Source: Thalia democratica (taxonomy: Eukaryota). From it: 64,000 bases of DNA. The stretch covers positions 60,822,001 through 60,886,000 of the forward strand of contig OZ241831.1 of NCBI GenBank assembly GCA_965202585.1, in the 5' to 3' direction. Shown one piece after another: positions 50,104 to 61,944 of this stretch. Both the position numbers and the translations under genes were made by a program. Every line of letters starts with the position of its first letter. Position 1 is the stretch's first letter. The notes under the pieces were generated by a model. That model had not been told where the DNA came from. It saw only the letters and a list, made by a program, of their open reading frames with translations, and did not search any database.

Positions 50104-51907
50104 CGCCAGCCTCCTCATATTAGCAAGTTGCACAGTAGAACACCTAGCATCACCAACCACTTCAAGAACAGAAGATTCGTGTGTTCTCAACAGGAACCTG
50201 CTTACAACGTACTAGGTATGATTTTGTTGTGTTTAGAAATATAAGTTTAATTAAGTTGTCAAGAATATTAAATAGTTTTATTAAAACTTATAAATGTTTT
50301 TTGTTACCGAATGTAATAATTAAATTGTTGTTCTATCCGTAAGTTAGTAAATTAAACAATCGAAAACTGAAAGTTTCATTTAACAGAAGACTTTTAATGA
50401 ATTACATTTGTGTTAGTTATTAATAAAATTTTTCAAGTACTTGGTTTTATGTTCTTTACATATAAGTATTTTGAAGAAAATACTTTACCGTTGAGTTTAT
50501 TTTGGTGCAGCATAAGATACTAGTTCATTAAAATTGTTCTGTGCTGTTATAAATTTATTTCAAAATTTTGTTATTGGACTCATGTTATTGTCAACATTAC
50601 AAACATATAATTCGACACTATAAGTTTATTCTATGTTTTGTGTTTCATGCTACTAAAATAGTTGTTTGAAACAAACTTATTTATAAGTAAATTAGAAATT
50701 TATTTTGTGATCTTTGTAGCTTGAAACACTGTATATAGTAATATATATGTATATATAACAAACTAATAATGTCAATTTTGTTTTTACAGTTGTGTTTTTA
50801 CTAAAGTGTGGCTCTTTAAGAAATAGTAACTCTTCTTTTATTTAAAGATATATAAAAATATAATAGTTGCAATTTAAGTAACTATAGCTGCTAAGTTCAG
50901 ATAAACTTGTCTGTTTCATTTTAAAAATAGTTTCTGGCTGTTTTGGTAAGAATTTTTCGTTTAAGTATATTTAAATAACCTCAGAATAGTTATAGTATAC
51001 TTAAATTCTTCTAGTTATTTAATTTTTATGCTTGTATGTTGAAATTATTATTTTTATTAATTGCTATAAATGTTTTTGCTTACAACATAGTAGATTATTT
51101 CTTTTATATTGAAGTTTGATTGCCAAGACATTAATTTTAATAAGTGAAAATACATATTACTAAAAAAGCTATGTTTGACTTTATTTGAAAAGATTGAAAT
51201 CGAACAATGATCCTTATACATAATTTTATTGTTGAACATATCTGATCATATCCATAGCATGTATAATTTTTCAACTTTTTGATATATGTTAAGTTTATTA
51301 TTGATGTTAACTTTTATCAATTTTGAATTGTAAAATAAGCTATAAAAAAATAAATATAAAATAAGTTTCAAAAGTTTTATGTAAAGTTAAAGCTTTTTAA
51401 CATATGAAGCTCTAATTAATTTTACAATAGAAGCAAATCTGAATTAGAAAATTGTATAAAGAAGTATAATAAATATTTTAAAAAATAAAAATTATTCTAC
51501 TAACTTATACTTTTTAAACATTAAAAAAAAAATTGCTTTTTACAAAGTTTATAATATCAGCTAATAAGTTTAATTTAAGTTAAACAGAATTAAAAAAAAA
51601 GTAAGTTAATTAAAGACTGTATAGTAAAATTAAAGCTGTTAGTTTTATATTTGATAATAAGATTTCCAAAAAAAAAAAGTTCTATCAGAAGAGTATATTG
51701 AAAACATCAAGTTCGAAAAGTAACTTAAAGGTTATTTTTGTAGTAACAACTTTCAAAAATTAATTAATTGGTTATATTTTAAACACAATAATGCCTTAAA
51801 TGACATTTAAATTAAAAACATTTAAGAAAGTATTTTATTTCTGCAACCACATAGAGAAACAGCAAACTTAGCATTGCTAGCAAGCTGTTTTAATAAGAGA
51901 GAAATTG

Positions 51908-52679
51908 TGTAATGAATACGTGCATTATTCATTATTCAAAGTTTAGCTCAGAGAATATTTTGAGTTTGACACGCTTCATTGCACTAGCCAATGAGAATCA
52001 TCTGACGTGTTTCAAACTAATTCTGATGCAACTAAATATCAGAAAATGACAGTCAGTGTATTTGTAAGCAGTTGGTGAGTTGGTGTGCAGCTGGAACTAC
52101 CTTGTATTGATTTGTGATTGTGTATTGTAAGTATTGTTTTGTGTTAAAGTGAATATTTTAAATGGTATTTAATTGTTTTAATATTTAAGCCAGGTTTATA
52201 GTTAATAATTTATTCTTTTACAGTTTCTTCTTTACTAAAAGTTTTATTTAATTTTTAGTTTATTGTTTAAAGTCTTTTAAAGAAATTTAAATAGATTGTA
52301 GTTTCTAAAAAGTTTGTCATAGTAATTTATAGTTTTGTATATGCTATTATTTCTTGTTTTGTTTTATATAAGAGTCATCACTTAAAACTGTCTGTCTGAT
52401 TTATATAAAATAGTCTAGAGTAGCTTTAAGTGTTTTTTATATATTTTCCACTGATAATTACAAATTAGCACTTATAAATAAGTTATAGTACTATGTCCCA
52501 CTTAGAGAATATTAATGATAAGTTGCCTGCAGCGGGTCCTGAAAATAAGCCTGTTAGAAGGTCACCCCGCTTGCAGGAAAAGTCTGAACAAAAAGGTCAG
52601 GTTGACTATCTGCCCACAGTAAGTCACCCTGACCAAACTGAGGCTTTAGATGTTGGGTCACCAACATCGGTAGCCCACA
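51908..52679 (+). repeat. 5-prime LTR (contains gag ATG at 52493)
   Basis: TGTAATG...CCCACA; about 11 differences from the 3-prime LTR by eye. Followed by A-TGGCGTCCTC (PBS-like). Confidence 0.93.
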
Positions 52680-53890
52680 ATGGCGTCCTCTTAAGTAGTG
52701 AGAACTACCAATCCTTTAACCAACAGTTAAATAAGTCAGAGTTTGAGGAAAATAAGATACAAACCACTTGTAATAAAATTGGGCCCTACAGAATTGAAAA
52801 TGAAAGTAAGGTAAGCACCAATAGGCAGCAGCAGGCTTTAGATTATGAAAGTGCACTAGAAGTGGAAGACTTGGAGATAGAGAAACTCACAAAGCTAGTA
52901 GCCCAAGCTAAAATGTTAGAAAAGAAGGCCATCTTAAAAAAGGAATTAAACTCTATTTATAATAGATTAGATGAAGGTCAAAACAAATTCCAAAGTAAGA
53001 TAAGTTATAGTGACAGCAGTCCTGTATATACTTCTTCCAACACTGTAGGGGCTACACATAACATCAGTCTGAAACAAAGGACTTTAGAGAACTGCAAACT
53101 TTTTCCCCAGATTGAAGCCATAAGGGACCCTGTTATTGAGTTAAGATTTTTTGAGGATAGGTGTAGTACTTATGGCATCACTGATGATACAGAAAAGTTT
53201 GAAATTCTTCAAAGAATCTGGCCGCGTGCTGACATAATAGACTTTGTTGAAGCTTATGATGAGGACCGAACATACTACAATTTGTTTAAATTTTTAGAAG
53301 GCAAAGGCAGTAAGTTGCCTCGAATCTTAGGTGTGAGCCCATCATGGTCGGGACCAGTAAAATTTCAAAACTTGTTTCTGTCAGCCAAACAATGGGCAAG
53401 AGCAGCTGAGGAAGACAGAATTAAATATTTTATGTATGTACATGCCCCAGATAATCTGAAAAAGAAAATTAAAGAATGTTTTGGGCTTGGTTATAATGAG
53501 TTCTTAAGACGGGCTGAATCAATATGCAACATTGAAGAACAGAAAGTTTGTGAACAAGCTAAAAATTTTACATATGAACCTAATGTTTTAAAATATAATA
53601 AGCGCTACACTACTAAACAAAGGTGGCAAGATAATATTCCACAAAGACAAAAATATTTTAGAAATTATGATCACAAACGTACCCAGGGGTATTCGGGAGA
53701 AGTTTATAACCAACGTGAAAATCATGACACAAACATTAATGCCAACACTATGCCATCAAACTTTCTTTGCAAAAATCACAGAAAATATGGTAATAACACT
53801 TATGAATGTGATGCACCCGATACTTGCAGAATGGCTGGCATCACAGTACAACGTCAAACAAAAAACGAGCTCCCATCTTCAAGACATTAA
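52493..53890 (+). CDS. gag: Gypsy Gag (465 aa)
   Basis: Open ORF; C-terminal CKNHRKYGNNTYECDAPDTC (CHCC-type knuckle of CsRn1-like elements); precedes pol. Confidence 0.85.
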   Translation: MSHLENINDKLPAAGPENKPVRRSPRLQEKSEQKGQVDYLPTVSHPDQTEALDVGSPTSVAHNGVLLSSENYQSFNQQLNKSEFEENKIQTTCNKIGPYRIENESKVSTNRQQQALDYESALEVEDLEIEKLTKLVAQAKMLEKKAILKKELNSIYNRLDEGQNKFQSKISYSDSSPVYTSSNTVGATHNISLKQRTLENCKLFPQIEAIRDPVIELRFFEDRCSTYGITDDTEKFEILQRIWPRADIIDFVEAYDEDRTYYNLFKFLEGKGSKLPRILGVSPSWSGPVKFQNLFLSAKQWARAAEEDRIKYFMYVHAPDNLKKKIKECFGLGYNEFLRRAESICNIEEQKVCEQAKNFTYEPNVLKYNKRYTTKQRWQDNIPQRQKYFRNYDHKRTQGYSGEVYNQRENHDTNINANTMPSNFLCKNHRKYGNNTYECDAPDTCRMAGITVQRQTKNELPSSRH

Positions 53891-56800
53891 GAGGACAGAA
53901 AACCTCTTACTATGCCTACTGAACCTACTTTTGTAGGTTCCACTAACAAACCATGGCGGTCTAATCAGCCATCACAGAGCTGTCAGCCAAACGTTAAAGG
54001 TGAGATGCGTCATGATGTTAAGGCAAGTCAGAACTTCAACACCAATTGGTCATTTGCTATCACAAACACCCCGTCAATTGATCCTAAAACCTTACCACAG
54101 AGTCTACTATTTGTAAAGGACAATGTTACTAATGTACTTTTTTTGGTTGACTCTGGGTGCGAAATTTCAATATTGCCAAAGAATCTCACAAATGGTATTA
54201 ACAACTATTTCAAACCATTCAGTAAATCCATAAAAGGAATTGGCAACAATGAAATCCACCCAATAGGAAGCGCTTGTGTTGAACTTCAAATAGGTAATTT
54301 AGATATTGTTAAACACAACTTCTGGGTTACACAAGAATCCCAGAGTTATGGAATATTAGGCATGGACATCTTAATGGTCAACAAATTAACAATATGCCCA
54401 TTTGCATTAAAGTTGTGGCACCAACAATCTAACCAAACAGCTAAATTGTTCAAGGCTGCAAACTTGCCTACACCAGTAGTTTTGTCAACAAATTCAGGAG
54501 AAGTTAAATACAGTAATAATACCACGTTAGAGGCAAAATGTGAAACACTACTGATGAACTACCCTGAGCTTACAAAAACTCCTGATTACACTGCTCCGAG
54601 AAAACACAACCACTTTCTAGAGATTATAGTTGACAACTATAAACCGCGAATGATTAAGGCGCGGAGATGTAATTTTACTTGTCAACAAAAAGTAGATAAA
54701 AACTATTCAGATCTAATTGCGAGAGGAGCGGTTGTAAAGGGAGATGCCAACATGTGTGCATCACCAATCACGGTAGTGCCCAAAAAAGATGGTGATTTGT
54801 GTCGATTACACAGTTTTGAATGCCCACACACGTCCATTTTCATACCCGCTACCGCGCATAGATATGCTTTCGGAAAGAATTCCGGGAGGTACCTCTTTTT
54901 TCAGCACATTAGATCTTAAAGAGGCTTACTATAGTTTGCCTCTCCTTCCAAACTCACAAAAATATGCTGCTATCATAACTAATTCCGGAGTATTTGTCCC
55001 TAAGGTGACTTCTTTTGGGTTGCGGAATGCGCCAACACGTTTCCAGAAGTTTATGGATAGTATCTTGTTTTCATGTAAGGCCTTCACGTTTGTATATTTA
55101 GATGATATTCTTGTGTTTTCAGATTCCGCGGACAGTCACATATCACATTTAAAACAGGTTTTGGAAACATTGTCAACAAACGGTTTATTTTTAAATAAAG
55201 CAAAATGTTCTTTTGCAAAGACTAAGGTAGACTTTTTAGGTCATACAGTAGGTGTTGACGGGGTTGATGTTATGGAATCTAAAGTCGAAGCGATAAAAAA
55301 ACTACCATTACCAACAACACGAAAAGAATTAAAAAGGTTTATTGGTATGGTCAGTTATTATCATAAATTGATTCCAAAGTTATCTGAAGTAATGGCACCA
55401 CTTACAGAAATTTCAGGGGGACCTAAAGAGAGCAATAGGAAAATCATTAAACTTACAGACAGTCAAACCAAAGCTTATCATGACACAATAGCTATGTTAG
55501 TTGAATCAGCAACAATAAGCTACGAGGATCACACTAAACCTCTGATTCTATTCACTGACGCATCGGACAGTCATGTCGGTGCAGTGTTAGAACAAGAAGG
55601 TAAAAATGGGGAAATGCAACCTCTGGCCTTCTTTTCTAAAAAACTTCCCCCATCCAAGCAGGTACGTCACACTTTTTATAAGGAGCTTCGTGGAGTATAC
55701 TTGGCTCTTAAGCACTTTCAAAGTAGAGTATTGGGGAGGTCTTTAATAATTAGAACTGACAGTAGATCAGTAGAAAGGGCCATTACAAATGAGGTGGCTA
55801 ACCAATCTCCTGCGGAACAACGTTGGATATGTGCTATAAAAGAGTTTAATCCAACAGTAAAACATATTGACGGTATAAAAAACGTGGTGGCCGATAGCTT
55901 GAGTAGACCACCACAAAGCACGGCGATGTATGTGAAAGTATGCAAAGAGGATTCAGATTATGTGTACACGTCTGAGTCGAATAAAAGTGACAGTGAGTCA
56001 GATGATTACAGTATTATTGACGAAGACCCACTCATAAACTCCAATTTTTTTAGCCCGGAATAAAAAAACACAGATACAGAGGCAATTAGTTCTAAAAAAA
56101 TAAATAAGAAAGCAATTGCGACATTACAAGCTAAGGAATCAGGGTTAATGGATATTGTATGTAAAATGGATAAAAGAATTGAATATCTAGAACCAGAAAA
56201 ATTAGCAGTGGTGATAGAGGAAGGCAACAAACGAGTGATTCTTCCCGAAGCCTTGCGCCTAAGAGTATTCAACATGGCTCATGATAGATTGGCACTTGGG
56301 CATAGAGAAAACAATCGAGGCCATTGCAAAAGACTACTACTGGCCCACTATGATCAAAGACATAACACACTGGGTCAAAAGTTGTGTAGTATGTCAAGCA
56401 ACAAAGGTTGCGAGGTATAATCGGCCAAAAATTGGTTTCTTTCCGGACAATACTGAACGTTTCCAGTTTGTTCACATAGATCTTGTGGGTCCGTTAAATG
56501 AGATTTCTTGCAACAATAAATTTATTTTGACAGCTAAAGACCGAGCAACAGGGTTCCTTGTAACTATGCCAATTCCAGATAAAAAAGCTGTGACTGTTAG
56601 GAATGCTTTTTTTCAATGCTGGGTAGGTCCGTTTGGGGTCCCACAAGTGGTCGTTTCCGATAATGGCCAAGAATTTGTAAATACTGTTTTGACTGAAGCC
56701 TTCGAACAGTTGGGCATAGACCATCGTTTAATTAGCCCGTACAGCCCCCAAACAAATGGTTTTATAGAGAGGCAACATAAAACTATCAATGTAGCACTTC

Positions 56801-57339
56801 GTGCTTTGTCCGATAAGACAAATTGGGCGCTACATTTGCCCCTAATAACTGCAGCTATTAACAATACCTTTGTGGAAGGGTCACTGTACACCCCATCTCA
56901 GTATGCCCTAGGGGCATCACTCAACCTTTCGGGTAGTGTAATGTTCAATGAAATTAAGGAAAATTCACTCATTACTACACCTAATTTATTAGATACCGAA
57001 ACTTTTTTAAATACAATGGCAAAAACTGGTAGACAGTTCAAACGTTATAAAAATAAGCCTTATTATGAACCAGGTATATTTGAGTGTGAATGGGTATGGC
57101 TCAGAAGACAAAACAAGCGGAAACTTAGTTCACTTTATCACGGCCCGTATAGAGTTCATTCTTGCTCAGAACAAAGCATGGTAATTCAGAAGAACTCGGG
57201 GTTAGTAAAAGTCTCTATAAGAAACGTGAAAGCTTACGTGCCCAGAGACATAAAATCTTCTGCCACAGGTAATTACAATTTAAGGGAACGTAAAATTCCA
57301 ATAAATTACGCCGAAACATCAAGCTCTGATGATTTATGA
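53891..57339 (+). pseudogene. pol: Gypsy Pol (protease, RT, RNase H, integrase) with frameshifts and a stop
   Basis: FLVDSGCEISILP; LDLKEAYY, FGLRNAP, YLDDILVFS; TDASD; H..LG..KT, CVVCQ, VHIDLVGP, SDNGQEF, NGFIERQHKT, GPY. Frameshift near 54795, in-frame TAA at 56061, frameshift near 56293. Confidence 0.93.
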
Positions 57340-57956
57340 TCTCTAAAATATCATTAATCAATTTATAAAATTCTTTGTATTCTTGGGTTAAGTTAGGCAT
57401 GACAGTTGAGTGATGATTCTGTATGACTAAACATATGTTTTTTTTTTTTGTGAAAAAATTTTGATTCTAATACCAATTGATACTATATTGCCAAAGATTT
57501 TTTTTTTTGAGTTTAATATTTTGATTAAGAGTTGTTTATCTATTTATAGTAAAAATAATATTTGGAATTGTAAGCGTAAATTTATTGATATTTCATTTTA
57601 TTTATTGTGCAAATACTATTATGTTGATACCATTTTTTTTTTACCATGTTGTCTAAGATTTTTTTACTGAGTTAGTTATTCTGATAAAATTTATGTTATT
57701 ATATAAATTTTTTTTATTATGTGAAAACCAAATACCTAATTTTTCTCTCTCCTATTAATATTCTACTTAAGTTTGATTTTTAAATTAGTTCATGACTATT
57801 TTGAATTTGTTTGTTCTTTACACTGTTCCTTTTATTTTGTTTTTTTGCTGTTTACCAATTAGATTTAGGTGAACATCACCTTAGAATTCTTCTAGCAGGA
57901 GGCAAGCAGAGGATAGAGTGATAATGCTCTTCAAAAAAAAGGACTACAGAAGATAG

Positions 57957-58728
57957 TGTAATGAATACGTGCATTATTCATTATTCAAAGTTGAGCTCAG
58001 AGAATATTTTGAGTTTGACACGCTTCATTGCACTAGCCAATGAGAATCATCTGACGTGTTTCAAACTAATTCTGATGCAACTAAATATCAGAAAATGACA
58101 GTCAGTGTATTTGTAAGCAGTTGGTGAGTTGGTGTGCAGCTGGAACTACCTTGTATTGATTTGTGATTGTGTATTGTAAGTATTGTTTTGTGTTAAAGTG
58201 AATATTTTAACTGGTATAAAATTGTTTTAATATTTAAGCCAGGTTTATAGTTAATAATTTATTCTTTTACAGTTTCTTCTTTACTAAAAGTTTTATTTAA
58301 TTTTTAGTTTATTGTTTAAAGTCTTTTAAAGAAATTTAAATAGATTGTAGTTTCTAAAAAGTTTGTCATAGTAATTTATAGTTTTGTATATGCTATTATT
58401 TCTTGTTTTGTTTTATATAAGAGTCATCACTTAAAACTGTCTGTCTGATTTATATAAAATAGTCTAGAAAAGCTTTAAGTGTTTTATATATATTTTCCAC
58501 TGATAATTACAAATTAGCACTTATAAATAAGTTATAGTACTATGTCCCACTTAGAGAATATTAATGATAAGTTGCCTGCTGCGGGTCCTGAAAATAAGCC
58601 TGTTAGAAGGTCACCCCGCTTGCAGGAAAAGTCTGAACAAAAAGGTCAGGTTGACTATCTGCCCACAGTAAGTCACCCTGACCAAACTGAGGCTTTAGAT
58701 GTTGGGTCACCAACATTGGTAGCCCACA
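57957..58728 (+). repeat. 3-prime LTR
   Basis: 772 bp; repeats the first ~62 gag codons (ORF 58542-58733). Confidence 0.93.
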
Positions 58729-58835
58729 ATTGAAAAAAAAATTTTATCACAGCAATTTGCTATGCAGAGCTTTATATGAGAGCATTCAGCCAAATAAGCG
58801 CATTTATATACCCGTATGTCCCTTCCCAACAGACC

Positions 58836-58908
58836 GGCCGTGTGGCCTAATGGATAAGGCACTCGACTTCGAATCGAGGGATTGCGGGTTCGAGTCCCGT
58901 CATGGTCG
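58836..58908 (+). tRNA. tRNA-Arg(TCG)
   Basis: Identical mirror of 6186-6258; TATATA at -31; T-run terminator. Confidence 0.97.
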
Positions 58909-60220
58909 CTTTTTTCTTTTTATTTTTAATAAGATACATAAATATCATAAAACAGTTTCACATGGTCATATTCTAAATACATGCACAAAGTGTTTAGATA
59001 GTTTAGTTTGTCAACATTAACTGAGGAGAGCATTATAGACTTATTTTTTCTTTAATTTGTATATCATATTTTTTCTAGTTTTTATGTATTAAGTTATATA
59101 AAATCTATTCAAAACATGTTTTGTTTATACTATGCTATGTTTGTAGTTTTAGTTGCTTTGATATTTTATAACTTATTTTTAATTAAAAAGTATACTTTAC
59201 TTAATTCAACTTATTACAAATAACTTTTGATTACTTTTTGCTTGTTTTTCTTTGTATATAATTGATTGTAAAAGTGTTTATTAATTATTAGTTTAGTAAT
59301 TTGCTAGTCATTAATTTGTAGTATACAAATGCTTTTATTCTAAATATCTTTTTTTGTGCCTGAAGACTTAGTGTTGAAATATTGTTGTAATGCAATTATA
59401 TTGGCTGAACCTTATTGTTGTTAGTGTGAAGTACTAAAAATAAATAATATTTTGTGTTAAAGTAGGTGGATAAAGTGATTATTTGTTTGTATATGTATTG
59501 CAAAATTTATAATCTATTATAGGTAGTTTTTAGTTTTAAAAGTAAGTGACATGGAAATTTTACAAGTAATTGTAAAAGTTGACAGTTTTTAACAGATAAA
59601 TAACAAGTCTTTAACCTGCTTAAATTTTTTTAAATCTAAATATGTATGAGGATTTTTAGTTATGAATTTTGTCAGTTTAAAATTAAATTATAATGAACTT
59701 ATACAGGAGCAAAACAACGTAAAGTACAATTTCATATATTTACAATTTCTTTTTTTATTTTAACTTAAATATAATACAAAAGCTATAATGTTGAAGGATA
59801 GTTTTAATATTTTTTATTATAGAACATAAATACAGAAAGTAAATTTAAAAACTAAATGTCCTTTGTAAATTGTATTTTAAACTTAAGTTTTTAAGTAAAA
59901 ATACTAAAACTAAGCAGTTTGTGATTTTTTTACTTTTCTTTAATTAGAAAACTCTATCAACTTAATTTTAAAATTTTAACTGTATTTTATAAGTTTTTTT
60001 TTTGTAAAAAGTAAATTCTTTCAATTTTTTTATATTGATAGTAAGGTTTTTTTTTATGCCAGAACATTTAATGATGCAAAATTATTTTAAGAAAAATCAT
60101 TTAAAATTATATTCAATGCTTCTTTTCACTTCATTAAAACAGCTTTTTGTTTATTTGGTTCGGTTGAGCTTTTATATAATTAAAACATTCATTTAATTAA
60201 ATACAAATACTTTTTATTAG

Positions 60221-60304
60221 GCTGTAGCAGTAATGGACAACATAGCACTCCGAATAGAAAGAAAATTATTTACCCACAAGCAAATTTCGCCAGAAGCACA
60301 AATG
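60221..60304 (+). pseudogene. HEI10: Right-arm copy of probable HEI10 exon 5
   Basis: TTTTTATTAG acceptor, GTTAGT donor, 84 nt, only 2 differences from 4541-4624 amid ~80-85% identical flanks. Phase-1 reading GCSSNGQHSTPNRKKIIYPQANFARSTN. Confidence 0.65.
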
Positions 60305-60608
60305 GTTAGTTGAATAAGTTATTGAAAGTTTTAAACTAGTGCTGACATTTAAAATATTGTAGTATCAAATCAATTATTGCTCCAGAAATGATGTATACAT
60401 AGTTTATAGCTAAAATAAATAAGTCTTAACAATGTAGTCAATAGCACACAAGCACATTTTCAAACTGATCAAGTAAAAACTTAAGTTTAAACCATAAATA
60501 TAGCAATGTAATAAATAGCAGCTGAACATTGAGCTTATAACTGCATTGTTACGTCATAGACATCAGTTTTTGGGAAATATAATGTTGACAATTTGCAATC
60601 GTATAAGC

Positions 60609-60680
60609 GGCTCGTTGGTCTAGGGGTATGATTCTCGCTTTGGGTGCGAGAGGTCCCGGGTTCAAATCCCGGACGAGCCC
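60609..60680 (+). tRNA. tRNA-Pro(TGG)
   Basis: Identical mirror of 3394-3465. Confidence 0.97.
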
Positions 60681-60761
60681 GTTTTTGTGTCTGTTAAAGC
60701 ATTATTACGTCATAGCATCGTCTCAAAGGCTTTAAAAAGTCAACAAGTTCTTCTCTAACGT

Positions 60762-60834
60762 GCCCGGCTAGCTCAGTCGGTAGAGCGTTGGACTCTTAAT
60801 CCAACGGTCGTGGGTTCGAGCCCCACGTTGGGCG
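60762..60834 (+). tRNA. tRNA-Lys(CTT)
   Basis: Identical mirror of 3237-3309. Confidence 0.97.
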
Positions 60835-61183
60835 CACTTTTTTTATTTTAAGTATCTGGAATAGATACTGTTTAATTTTGTCATAATTAAACTGACAATT
60901 TGTTTTTAAGTAAACAATTACATATTTTAAAAAAGCTTTCTAAATTTCCAATACATTTAATTAAAATATTAATAAAAAAATTTACACTCTTAAAATACAA
61001 TAACTTATTATGTATTGCATAGTCACTTAATTGTAGTTTGAAATATAATTTGTGAATTGAAATATATTTTGTTTTTTTGGATGAAGATTAATTCTGCACT
61101 TAATTTTTGCACTGTACTTATTTAATAACTACGTCATTTGTATAACTGTTATATCATTGTTTAGCTATTTATTTCAAGCTGTA

Positions 61184-61227
61184 CTAGCTGAAGGTAAAGC
61201 ATTTAGCTTTATGAAACGTATGTTCTG
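61184..61227 (+). ncRNA. Degenerate hammerhead-like motif (mirror of 1100-1141)
   Basis: CTAG-CTGAAGG-TAAAGC-attta-GCTTTA-T-GAAAC-gtat-GT-T-CTG; the core has a substitution. Confidence 0.35.
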
Positions 61228-61323
61228 TTTTTTTTTTTAATATTTACATTTCTTAATAAGTTGTTTAAAATCCCTTAAATTGGGCTCTGTGGAAAGTGTT
61301 GAAGTTTATTTAACCACATTATT

Positions 61324-61326
<3 letters not shown>

Positions 61327-61364
<38 letters not shown>
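61327..61364. repeat. (TA)n microsatellite
   Basis: About 19 TA units. A second TA run at 62031-62051 brackets the hairpin insert. Confidence 0.95.
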
Positions 61365-61369
<5 letters not shown>

Positions 61370-61455
61370 AGGTTAATGTTTAAACGTAAACACTTTCAAC
61401 TGAGCCCACTTGAAGGGCTTTTAAATAATTTATTCAAATGGCGATTTTAAAAATT

Positions 61456-61512
61456 CTGGAACATATGTTTCACAAAGCTTTAATTTTTCATAAAGCTTTG
61501 ATCATCAGCCAG
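61456..61512 (-). ncRNA. Candidate hammerhead ribozyme (antisense mirror of 61945-62001)
   Basis: Exact reverse complement of 61945-62001 within the hairpin. Confidence 0.55.
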
Positions 61513-61944
61513 TTAAATTCAAAATACAAAGCACTGTGCTAAACAAAGATACAAAAGTTATGCAAAAAAACAAAAAACAGTATGACGTAATATTGTACAT
61601 TACAAATATTCAGTACAAAAATCGATCTACCTTCTAACTAATTAAACAACTAAAATTAACGAAAACAACAGTTAATTGACTATAAAATGCTTCAAAATTT
61701 GTTGTGTTTTAAAAGAAGCTTGTCGACATATAAAAAAGCTTCTTTTAAAACACAACAAATTTTGAAGCATTTTATAGTCAATTAACTGTTGTTTTCGTTA
61801 ATTTTAGTTGTTTAATTAGTTAGAAGGTAGATCGATTTTTGTACTGAATATTTGTAATGTACAATATTACGTCATACTGTTTTTTGTTTTTTTGCATAAC
61901 TTTTGTATCTTTGTTTAGCACAGTGCTTTGTATTTTGAATTTAA

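Larger units (their letters stand above)
42296..50215 (+). pseudogene. HEI10: HEI10 partial tandem copy B (exons 2, 3, 4), disrupted
   Basis: Exon 2 at 42296-42492 has TGT to TGA at 42319 (last RING Cys). Exon 3 at 42919-44750 is split by the hAT insertion. Exon 4 at 45359-50215 has a 1-nt deletion and TGA at 45422, followed by array B. Confidence 0.88.
51908..58728 (+). mobile_element. Full-length Ty3/Gypsy LTR retrotransposon, CsRn1/Kabuki-like, pol disrupted
   Basis: 772-bp TG...CA LTRs, 4-bp TSD ATTG (51904, 58729; single at the empty left-arm site ~6374). Domain order gag-PR-RT-RH-IN. Gag C-x2-H-x9-C motif; purine-rich tract before the 3-prime LTR. Confidence 0.96.

Noticed and set aside
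45394-50190. 1598-aa minus-strand ORF
   Set aside because: Same antisense artefact of array B.
53857-53863. A-AAA-AAC slippery site as a -1 gag-pol frameshift
   Set aside because: It is correctly phased, but the -1 frame stops after ~20 codons and protease is in the gag frame. It would only work if an additional indel is assumed.
55718-57400. Several minus-strand ORFs in the Gypsy element
   Set aside because: Antisense to pol, with no recognisable motifs.
58542-59020. ORFs 58542-58733 and 58730-59020
   Set aside because: The first is the gag start repeated in the 3-prime LTR; the second merely spans tRNA-Arg(TCG).
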